Assembly (NCBI RefSeq): GCF_006345805.1
Contig: NW_021833164.1
Location: 1 to 28,872, forward strand
From: Octopus sinensis
Taxonomy: Eukaryota
Reading direction: 5' to 3'
DNA length: 28,872 nucleotides
Part shown: positions 9,939 to 19,104 of the stretch, piece after piece
Numbering within the stretch: the first letter of the stretch is position 1
Layout: each line of letters starts with the position of its first letter
Translations under genes and position numbers: made by a program
Notes under the pieces: model-generated
The model's input: the letters and a program-made list of their open reading frames with translations, nothing else
What the model was told of the DNA's origin: nothing
The model's database searches: none

Positions 9939-9950
9939 AATCAATCAATA

Positions 9951-9984
<34 letters not shown>

Positions 9985-10033
9985 GCTATCTATCTATCTA
10001 TCTCGTATCTATCTATCTATCTATCTATCTATC

Positions 10034-10075
<42 letters not shown>

Positions 10076-10200
10076 ATTATAATATATATATATTATATAT
10101 ATATATATCTAGCTAGCTAGCTGCTAGCTATTTATCTGTTTATCTATCTATCTATCTATCTAGTAAGATAGACAGATAGATAGAGATAGAGAGAAAGCGA
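9480..10200. repeat. (CT)-rich, (TTC)n and (TATC)n microsatellite block
   Basis: Directly visible. Confidence 0.95.
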
Positions 10201-10743
10201 AAGAGAGAGTGCAGGTGTGTATGATGTGTTTGTGTGTGTGTGCGCATAAACATACATTCGCACACACATACAAGAAACATCGTAATTAGCCATAGTCAGA
10301 TATCTTTTACCTAGCGTGCTCAACAAAATTTTAAAGTTTATCATGAATTATTTGGAACTGTGTGTGACATTAAGTTTCCCCGGCCAAAAAGTAAAGGGAC
10401 AGAGCCAGAAGTTTCATACACAGCGCAAAGGAAATATACTCTATCGTATTTATCTGACCAAACGTGACCACCTCTCCTTTTCGCATTTCATTGTCCAAAG
10501 CTTCTTTCAGATTTATATAGCAGTGGGCTAGAGTGCAGGCATAACATCGATTTTCTCGGAACCATTAGTTCCAACGCTTTTCCGCATTACTGATGAGGAA
10601 ACACGAAAAGCCCTTAATGAAAAACATTATATTTCAACACACACACATACACACACACACACGCACGCACATACACGCACACGCCCACTCATACAATCAC
10701 ATACAATCATACACAGACACACACCACACACACATATACATAC

Positions 10744-10785
<42 letters not shown>

Positions 10786-10824
10786 TATATATATATATGT
10801 ATGTATATGTGTATGGTATATATA

Positions 10825-10862
<38 letters not shown>

Positions 10863-10873
10863 CTATATATATA

Positions 10874-10910
<37 letters not shown>

Positions 10911-11151
10911 CATATATATATACACACACACTATACATACATATATATATATATAATATATATATATATAGATAATATATAGATATGTATGTATGTATAT
11001 GTGTGTTTGTGTGTATGTGTATGTCTGTGTATGTCTGTGTAGTTGTTGTGTGTGTGTCTGTATATCTATATATAATATATAATATATATTTATATACGTA
11101 TATATAGTATCTTTTTTCAGATCAATGGTACAAACTCTTCTGTGTATAAGG

Positions 11152-11666
11152 AACTAGCAGTATCGCCCGGCGTTGCTCGGGTTTGTAAGGGAAATAACTA
11201 TATAAGAATTTTAGAGAGTTACTTCCTTTATAGATGCCAATTCGGGCTTTCTTAGCCATTTCTGTTTTGGTGTCTTCAAGCCATGAAGTCGTTGTTCTAA
11301 AAGAACGCTGGTCTCCTTGACAACGCATTACGACGTTGATTTCCTTAAACTCCCTTCCCCACAGCTTCACGAGGGAGGGAAGAAGGGGGAGAAGCAAACA
11401 CAGGTGCAGGTGTTGAGCGTGGACGCCAACTCCGCCGCCATCGACACGAAAATTATGCATTAAAATGGAATAAAAAATGATGTTAAATTATTTTTTAAGT
11501 CGTAGACTCATCGTAGACGCGCGCTAATAGCCAGACGGGCTCGATATTAATCACGACTATAAGATACCCGAATTTGGTTAAACTGCACCGCAAAATGTGG
11601 GAGGAGTTAGGAATCTAAATCGTAGGAGACAGACACTCACACAACTACAGTTTTATCTATATAGAT
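11152..11666 (+). mobile_element. Non-autonomous Helentron/HINE (DINE-1/Lep1-like rolling-circle element)
   Basis: 5' aactagcagtatcgcccggcgttgctcgggt (ACTAG start followed by a GC hairpin); 3' ggaggagttagg...gacagacactcacacaactacagttttatctatatagat (ACAG remnant, TATAGAT end); no TSD. This is the architecture of DINE-1/Lep1-type elements. Confidence 0.75.
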
Positions 11667-12004
11667 ATGTGGGTTCTTGTGCCACGAGTAACTTTCGACA
11701 TTTTCTATTAAAATGGAATTTTTAACCCAATATTTACACGCTACTATCAATACTTATATCTTTATCTACATCGAATTTCACCATTCCGAAAAACGAATTA
11801 TTCCATGATCTCTTGAAGCATATAAATTCTTAAGACATAAGCAACATGTCTTTCAGCATAGAAGTCAACTATTTCAGACTAAAATTTGCAGCCTAAAATG
11901 AAAAGTTGACTTTTACACCAACACATCTTTGGATGACCAAAATTCTGTGAAATGCAGATGCATTTCGAAAGAAAGGGACGATGTTTGAATGTAAACACTA
12001 CATA

Positions 12005-12170
12005 CAAAAAGTAAAGGGTTTTTATGAAAAGTAATGATAGATATATACAATTAGATGAACTGAGGTAGGAATAAAAGTAATAAAAGTCATTATTGTGAAT
12101 TGTTAAAGAGATTCAAAAGCATACCGGTTTCGTGAATTTACTAATGATTGCTTTCAATGCACACCGATTA
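12005..12170 (-). mobile_element. Second copy of the Penelope-like terminal region, with a decayed HHR (12116-12154)
   Basis: aattagatgaactgaggtagg...cattattgtgaattgttaaagagattcaaaagcataccggt...ctttcaatgcacaccgatta aligns with 3014-3137. Confidence 0.75.
12116..12154 (-). ncRNA. Decayed minimal type I hammerhead motif
   Basis: Minus strand: aaagca-atcatta-gtaaattcac-GAAA-ccgGTA-tgcttt. Perfect 6-bp stem I, palindromic ACCGGT stem III and a GUA triplet, but the core box differs from CTGATGA at 3 positions. Confidence 0.5.
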
Positions 12171-12395
12171 TATACATATATATACACACATGCATACATA
12201 CATAAATGTGTGTGTGTGTCTACCTGTGTGTGTGTGTACCTGTGTGTGTGTGTGTGTGTGTACCTGTGTGTGTGTGTGTGTGTGTACCTGTGTGTGTGTG
12301 TACCTGTGTGTGTGTGTGTGTGTGTGTGTACCTGTGTGTGTGTGTGCCTGTGTGTGTGTATACATATATATATAGTTATGTTAGGAATTTCATTA

Positions 12396-12628
12396 GCTTA
12401 AAGCTGTTTCTGCTATAAGATACAGTGGACTAGTAGTTGAGTGCCAGAATAACATCGTATAGCTTCTTCGGAACCGCGGTATTGCCGTCCTTGTGTATTG
12501 GACGAATGTAATTCTCTTTTTCCCAAATAAATTGCACATTATATTCGAAGCTCCAATGAAGCTATAGGATGTTATTCAGGCTCTCAGCTACGAGTTCACT
12601 GCATCACATAGCAGAAACAACTTCAAGC
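12396..12628. repeat. 233-bp foldback (MITE-like) element with about 79-bp ungapped imperfect inverted arms
   Basis: 12396-12474 vs the reverse complement of 12550-12628: about 14 substitutions, no indels. No TSD evident. Confidence 0.85.
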
Positions 12629-12899
12629 CAAAGAAGTTAATCGTATAAGCATTGTTTTTCCTGTGTCATCTCCTTTTTTTTTTATTACCGCTCGATACTC
12701 ATCTTATACTTTGTTCTGAAACACGCATATTGAGTTGCACACCAGGTTGTTAGTCTTGCAATACTTAAGTGAAATGTGTGTGCGTGTGTCTGTCTGTGTG
12801 TATACACACATACACACACACACATAAGCATACACAAGATTATATAGAAACACATCTCCAATGAATAGGCAGCAACTAATTTTTGTGCATATGTTTATG

Positions 12900-13147
12900 T
12901 TTCTCTTTCTCTTTCTTCCTCTCTGTCTCTTTCTTCCTTTCTCTCTCTCTCTCTCTGCTTATATATACTCAATTCACTCTTACACCCTCTCTATTTACTA
13001 CCTTCTACTATCGTCTCTCTCTCTCATATGTCTCTATGTCTCTCTCTATATCTCTCTATGTCTCTCTGTCTCCTCTCTCTCTCTCCTTCTCTCTTCCTCC
13101 TCTTACCTTTCTTCTCTCCCTATCTATTCCTTCCTGTCTCTTTCTTC

Positions 13148-13179
<32 letters not shown>

Positions 13180-13640
13180 GCTTCTCTTATACTCATTCAC
13201 TCTTACACCCTCTCTCTTTCTACCTTTCTCTATGTCTCTCTCTCCATATGTCTCTATGTCTCTCTCTATATCTCTCTATGTCTCTCTGTCTCCGTCTCTC
13301 TCTCTCTCCTTCTCTCTTCCTCCCTATCTCTTTCTTCCTCTCCCTCTCTCTCTTCCTCCCTGTCTCTTTCTTCCTCTCTCTCTCTTTCTTCTCTCTCTCT
13401 CTCTCTGCTTCTCTTATACTCATTCACTCTTACACCCTCTCTCTTTCTACCCTTCTCTATGTCTCTCTCTCCATATGTCTCTATGTCTCTCTCTATTTCT
13501 CTCTATGTCTCTCTGTCTCCGTCTCCCTCTCTCTTTTTCTCTTCCTCCCTGCCTCTTTCTTCCTCTCTCTCTCTCTCTGATTCTCTTATACTCATTCACT
13601 CTACCTTTCTCTATGTCTCTCTCTCTCACTCTCTCTCTAA
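12900..13640. repeat. Polypyrimidine minisatellite, about 225-bp unit x about 3.3
   Basis: Marker cactcttacaccctctct recurs at 12975, 13198 and 13425, with a deleted form at 13597. Confidence 0.9.
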
Positions 13641-14904
13641 TTCCGTTTATTTCTATATCTATGTCTGCCTCTGTCACTTGATCAATCTAAGTACATGCTA
13701 CCGGTAGATAGATGGATGAGGTTTGCTTTGCTCGCTAGGAATATTTGTGCGTGCGTGCGTATGTGCGTGCGTGCATGCGTGCATGCGTGTGTGTGTGTGT
13801 GTGTGTGTGTGATTTGCCAGATGTCTCTTTAGTGTGACAATCAATGAACCTTCTTTTGTTTAGTTTCCTCTCTCTTATGATGGAATCCACGCAGTAGTAT
13901 TTATCTGTCGGATCAGGGATTTCTGTGTTCTTCGAGATTGTAAGAGAGAGCAATGCGCGTGAGGTGATGGGGGAGAGCGGAGAAAAGAGGTGGAGGTAAA
14001 GGAAGTGAAGGTAATAGAGAAAGAGCGGGGGTAGTTTGGGGATGAGGAAGAGGAGGAGGAAAATGACTGGAAATGATTTATTGCATAGTAACTGAGGTAG
14101 GAGTAGTGGTCACACTGTTTCTAGATGTTGCGTGTGTGCGTGTGTGCGTAAGAGTGTGTGTACGATAGAGGGTTGTGTACGTGTTTATGTATAGGTCTTT
14201 TGTGCGCGTGTGTAAAAAAAGGGAGATTTGGTAATCAAGTTGTTGTTGTTGTTGTTGTTGTTGTGGTTGGTGGTGGTGGTGGTATGGTGGTCTTGGTGAT
14301 GGTGGAATTGCTTGGGGTGGTTGGGGTGAGGGTTGTTGCTGCGGTGGTGGTGGTTGTGATGATGGTGTCGGTGTCAGTGGCGGGGGTGGTATATGTGGCA
14401 ATGGTTGTGGCGGCTGGCAAAGGCGGGGGTGATGGTTGCGACGGTGGTTGGGGTGTCTGGGCGGTGATGATGGTTGTGGTGTTTGCGGTGGTGGTCATTG
14501 TGAGAATGTTGGTTACGCTTCTTAGTGCGTTCACTTGTGTGGATACGTGTGTGCATCTGTGTGTGTGTGTGTGTGTGTGTATGTGCGTGCGCGTGTATGT
14601 GCTTGTGTACCTAAGAGGACTGATGTGTTTGTGTAGATGGAGGGCTGTGTGCGTGTGCGTAAAGAGGTAATTGCAATAATCAGGTTAATGTAGTTGTTGA
14701 TAGTGGTGGATTGTTACAATAGTTGTGTTGGTCATGGTGGCGATGTTGATTTGCATTTACATGTATGCGAAAAAGTACCTCACATATCGTTGTCGTTATG
14801 AAATGTAACGCAAAGAAGAATTTCACACAATACCAGGAGGACTTAAAAAAAACAAAAAAACTAGAGGCGATTTAAAGTCAAAAAGGTTTCCTTCCCGAAT
14901 CATA

Positions 14905-15129
14905 CTGACTCATAAGGGTCGGTTTCCTGGTTTCCATGGCGTATATATTCCCTATTGGACGAGATGTCGGTCCTTCACAGGGTTACTTACTTTTGCCAGT
15001 TGAGTGGACTAGAGCATGATGAAATGAAATGTTTTTCTCAAGAACACAATGCGTCGTCCAGTCCAGGAATCGAAACCACAATCTTACAATCATGAGTCCA
15101 ACACCCTAACTTATAAGCCACGCGCCTCC
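14905..15129 (-). mobile_element. SINE family C (tRNA-derived head, CORE-like middle, tail shared with 1096 and 28543)
   Basis: Reverse complement: ggaggcgcgtggcttataagttagggtgttggactc...ggtttcgattcctgg (A/B boxes)...gtgttcttgagaaaaaca...tccactcaactggc...tacgccatggaaaccaggaaaccgacccttatgag. Confidence 0.9.
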
Positions 15130-16775
15130 AAAAGGGGTGATTTGGTGATACAGGATTCAAAAACCGGAACTCCAAACTGAACCATCTGAAAGAACAACTG
15201 ACATCTACATCGGAAAAATTAATATATAAATATACAGTATATAAACGGCAAATGCTCAATAAATTATTTGCCAGAGATCCTAAGTTTATATCAGCTTCAA
15301 TGCGAAATGTTCAATCTCTGTAAAAGATACCTCCACAAAATATCAGGTTGAGGGCCACTAAGGATCTGTATAAGAAACAGATTACCAATTCAATAAGGTG
15401 TATTGCTAAAAGAACCGGAGTAGTACCAGCATATCCAGCAAAAGCAATGTGAAATAGGCGGCGAAATACTGGAAACGGTTCTACAGAAAATGTCAAACAA
15501 GAAATCCCCAGGCCCAAACCTCATAGCAGGTTCCTGGCTGAAGAATTTGTTCTTTTATCAGAGAGATTTTATGCGGTTGAATGGGGAAAATATCAAAGGC
15601 GCACAATAACTGTCCCAATGGTTATCAACTGCAACTAATCTCCTTATTTCGAAAATAGCCAAATCACTCTTGCTAAAAAATTACCGCCCAGTAGCTAGTC
15701 AGAACATCACGTACATATTATACGCTGGGTGCCTCAATCTGTTCTAACAGGATCATTGTACTAGCAACATTATAACACCCGAGCAAACTGGAGGAAAGAA
15801 GGTGGTGTGGGGCTGTATACTGCAGCTACAAATTAACAAAATTGTCCAGGAAAAAAAAAAAAAAAAATAAAAACGTTTGAAACTTAACCGTTGTGCGGCT
15901 GGACTACCAGAATGCTTTTAATAGTAAACCTTATGAATGGATTATCAAGGCTTTTCAGTTGGCCAAAGTCCCAGAACAACCAGTGAGTGCTATTGAACGC
16001 CTGATTAAGACTTGCTTCATCTCATTACTTTTTTGAAGTGATATGGTGCAAATTGAGTCGGATGGCATTCACTACCAAAAAGATGCCTTTCAGGGTGAAA
16101 ACCTGTTGGTGTTGCTCTTCGCCCTCTCATAAAATGTACTATTATACCTGGTCGCAGAACATAGTGATACAAGGCGGCGAGCTGGCAGAAATGTTAGCAC
16201 GCCGGGCGAAATGTTTAGCGGTATTTCGTTTGTCGTTACGTTGTGAGTTCAAATTCCGCCGAGGTCGACTTTGCCTTTCATCCTTTCGGGGTCGATAAAT
16301 TAAGTACCAGTTACGCACTGGAGTCGATGTAATCGACTTAATACCTATGTCTGTCCTTGTTTGTCCCCTCTGTGTTTAGCCCCTTGTGGGTAATAAAGAA
16401 ATAGGTATTTCGTCTGCCGCTGCATTCTGAGTTCAAGTTCCGCCGAGGTCAACTTTACCTTTCATCCTTTCGGAGTCGATTAAATAAGTACCAGTTATGC
16501 ACAGGGTCGATGTAATCGACTTAATCCCTTTGTCTGTTCTTGTTTGTTCCCTCTGTGTGTAGCCCCCTGTGGGCAATAAAGAAATAACATAGTGACCATA
16601 GAAATGGATCCTGAAGCATCTCCCATCTTTCCTTTGTAGACGACGTGAAATTGTATAACCAAATATTTACCACATAAAATAACAATTGGACCTCATAACT
16701 TCATTTTCTACCAACATTGCAATGAAATTTGATTAGTCCAAATGTGTATTTTTGACAATAAAACTTGGAAAAAGT
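15130..16775 (+). pseudogene. Dong/R4-clade non-LTR retrotransposon reverse transcriptase fragment, decayed and split by a SINE dimer
   Basis: Colinear motifs across stops and frameshifts: LKEQLTSTSEKL..KRQMLNKLFARDPK; SNKKSPGPN (about 15505); KNYRPVASQNITY (15679); EQTGGKKVVWGC..QLQINK; LDYQNAFNSKPYEWI (15902); FQGENLLVLLF (16088); ISHLSFVDDVKLY (16633); FSTNIAMKFD*SKCVFLTIKLGK. The HL.F.DD.KLY and F...I.M.FG..KC signatures are typical of R4/Dong RTs. Confidence 0.9.
16171..16585 (+). mobile_element. SINE family B dimer (full unit plus 5'-truncated unit) flanked by one TSD
   Basis: Unit 1 is 16171-16403; unit 2 is 16404-16585 and restarts at the internal ggtatttcgt. aacatagtga is duplicated at 16158-16167 and 16586-16595. 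A box tggcagaaatgtt, B box gagttcaaattcc. Confidence 0.95.
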
Positions 16776-17110
16776 TGCGTTGTATTCATTTAGAGTAATG
16801 TCTGTATTTTTGAATGTTGCATTGGATTCTTGCCGCTTGTGTCTATAGCCATGTACTTGAAGATGCCTTGGTCTGGATTGCTGTGTGCTTTCGTTCACTG
16901 ATGTGTTTGTAATGTTGGGGTGTTGATAGTGTGGGAGATGTTTGTAACAGTGTTGGTCCAAAGTGTGTTAGTGTGTGATGGTTTATCGATTTCTGTATTT
17001 CCTCCAGTAATCTCTTCGTTTTTAATCTTGTACATTGCTTTTCATTTTGTAATTTTTGCCTTCATTTGGGTCTATTCTGATGGTTTTCCCAAAATGTTTT
17101 CCTAACTAGA
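16764..17110 (-). pseudogene. Probable I/Jockey-group LINE ORF2 endonuclease-RT linker fragment, decayed
   Basis: Minus strand across frameshifts: KRRDYWRKY..EIDKPSHTNTLWTN...TPTLQ...TDITLNEYNATFSK. This resembles the linker preceding the (A/S)PGPD motif in APE-type LINEs; similarity judged by eye only. Confidence 0.45.
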
Positions 17111-17123
17111 CGTGTTTTCACAG

Positions 17124-17500
17124 TCAGAGAAATCTATGGCAGCGGGGAGAAATGTGTCTGCACAGTCGCGCATTCCTAAGCTTGTGGTCTGATCGACTGG
17201 TTTGGGTGAAGCTTCTCACGGTTGTGATGGTGCAGGTGATATTCTCAGGTGTGGTACCAGTACTTGCTGCTGATGTTGTTGAATGGATCTCTGCTGCTCT
17301 TTTGGTTGATTCTGTTGTTTTGGATGCTGCTGTCCTTGGCACTGATACTGTTGGTGTTATTGGTACTGTTGCTGTTGTTGTAGTGTGATAGGTGACTGCA
17401 GTAGCGGGGTATTCCTTTTCTTTGCATGGGGCAGACAGCTTTTTGCTCTCAACTGCTACGAATAGCTGTGTACCATTAAGAAGAATCGATACTAACCTGA
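17124..17500 (-). pseudogene. Possible LINE ORF1 C-terminus (decayed zinc knuckle plus Thr/Ser-rich tail), or a Thr-rich host exon
   Basis: Open frame VSILLNGTQLFVAVESKKLSAPCKEKEYPATAVTYHTTTTATVPITP...; a neighbouring frame gives CPMQRKGIPRYC, with CX2CX4HX4C-like spacing only if indels are assumed. Confidence 0.3.
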
Positions 17501-17571
17501 TTAGTGTGGATCAATAATTCCATTCCCGTGCCAGGTCAATTTTCCTTTCCCATTTTGTGCAGTCGGAGAAT

Positions 17572-17620
17572 TAGCATGGCCGCAGTCAAATCACTGAAAC
17601 AAGTAAAAGAGTAAAAGAGT
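17572..17620 (+). mobile_element. SINE family A 3'-terminal fragment
   Basis: agcatggccgcagtcaaatcactgaaacaagtaaaagagtaaaagag is the family A terminus. Confidence 0.85.
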
Positions 17621-18299
17621 ATACCGTATAGTACGGCTGCTACCAGCAAAGAGATGTCCCTTTCTGGTGATACCTCTACTACCTTTATTTTAATTACCCT
17701 CCGACCGAGGTAAGTCAGAATTAGCCATAATTACATATAGACAAATACGTAGATATTTCTGTATTTCTGTAGGTACGCTTGTATGTGTGCGTGTGTGTGT
17801 GTATGTACTTATGTGCGGAAAAGTGTGATAAGCGTTTGTTATAATGGTGGTGTTGAGGGTGCAGTGGAGGAAATTGAAGTTTGACTCTGACTGCCTTTCA
17901 TTTTCTCTGTTTGACCACAGCACCATAAAACCGAAGGTCCGATGTGTGTGTGTGAGAGAGAGAAAGAGAGAGTGAGAGGCAGAGAGAGATAGAAAGCGAC
18001 AGATAGACAGACTGACAGACAAAGAGAGGGAGACAGACAGATAGGTAGACAGACAGACTGACAGACACAGAGGAGGAGGGTGTTGACAGGAGTGGGGGTT
18101 TGGGATTGTTGAGGTGAGATGATGGCAGCTTGGATGATTAAAAATCCCTTTAAAGTGATCCCGTTTGAGAAATGAGTCAGTAATGCAGTCAGTGCAGTTT
18201 GGTGTTAGTGGGGTTGGTGGGCTCGTGAATGGACGGTTAAAGGGTTGATTTGTTGTATTGGTGGTTTGGTTAGATGGCTAGTTGCTTGGATGGAGGACT

Positions 18300-18700
18300 G
18301 GTGAGGTGATTAGTAAGTTGGTCGGTTGGTTAGTTGGTTGGTAGGTTGACTGGTTAGCTGGCTGGTTGGTTGGGTGGTTGGTTGGTTGGTTGGTTGGTTG
18401 GTTGGTTGGTTGGATGGTTAGCTGGTTGATTGCTTGGTTGGCTGGTCGGTCGGTTGGCTGGTTGACTGGCTGGTTGGCTGGTTTGCTGGTTGGTTAGTTG
18501 GATAGTTAGTTGGCTGGTTGGTTGGTTGGCTGGTTGGTTGTTTGGTTAGTTGGCTGGTCGGTCGGTCGGTTAATGATTAGCGAAACGGTTGGTTGGTTGG
18601 TTGGTTTGGTGGATTGATTATTGAATTAGTGAGATGACTATTTGACGCATTTTTGTAATCGTTTGGTTGGTAGGCTTGTTGGCTGGTTGGTCGATTTGTT
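18300..18700. repeat. (GGTT/GGCT)n tetranucleotide satellite
   Basis: Directly visible. Confidence 0.95.
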
Positions 18701-18916
18701 TGTAGGTGGCATGTATTTATGCATTTATACTTATTTTATATTTGCCAAGTAGGGTTTATTATGGCCACTCAGTCCTATGGCCAAGATAATTCCATTAGTT
18801 ATTACCAACCCTTGTCGTTTGCCTCTGTGTATGGGACCCAGGATCAAATTATGCAATAACTCTATTTATTACGTTAATTAAGGAGCAGATAATTCAGTTA
18901 ATCAAACAAATAATCA

Positions 18917-19104
18917 TAGGCGTAGGAGTGGCTGTGTGGTAAGCAGCTTGCTTACCAACCACATAGCTCCGGGTTCAGTCCCACTGCGTGGCACCTTGGG
19001 CAAGTGTCTTCTACTATAGCCTCGGGCCGACCTAAACCTTGTGAAGGGATTTGGTAGACAGAAACTGAAAGAAGCCCGCCGTATATATACATATATATAT
19101 ATAT
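18917..19104 (+). mobile_element. SINE family A, 5' half ending in its internal (TA)n
   Basis: taggcgtaggagtggctgtgtggtaag...gggttcagtcccactgcgtggcaccttgggcaagtgtcttctactatagcc...gaaactgaaagaagcccgccgtatat. Confidence 0.95.

Noticed and set aside
11108-11151. Acceptor-like cttttttcAG with a reading frame that would be interrupted by the HINE (INGTNSSVYK-DVGSCATSNF)
   Set aside because: The reconstructed peptide is unrecognisable and stops soon after; there is no good donor.
12861-13707. Long ORFs of 217-274 aa
   Set aside because: They are Leu/Ser translations of a (CT)-rich minisatellite, open in all three frames simply because pyrimidine tracts lack stops.
13735-13953. Peptide EIPDPTDKYYCVDSIIRERKLNKRR (-), faintly chromodomain-like, and a possible + strand exon 13864-13939 (FPLSYDGIHAVVFICRIRDFCVLRD)
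   Set aside because: The aromatic-cage and WKG motifs are missing, the splice sites are mediocre, and neither reading can be supported without a search.
16780-16870. Minus-strand FKYMAID...QHSKI resembling the R4 YKYLG motif, suggesting an internal inversion of the Dong element
   Set aside because: The surrounding minus-strand sequence fits an APE-LINE linker better and the resemblance is short. Left unresolved pending TBLASTN.
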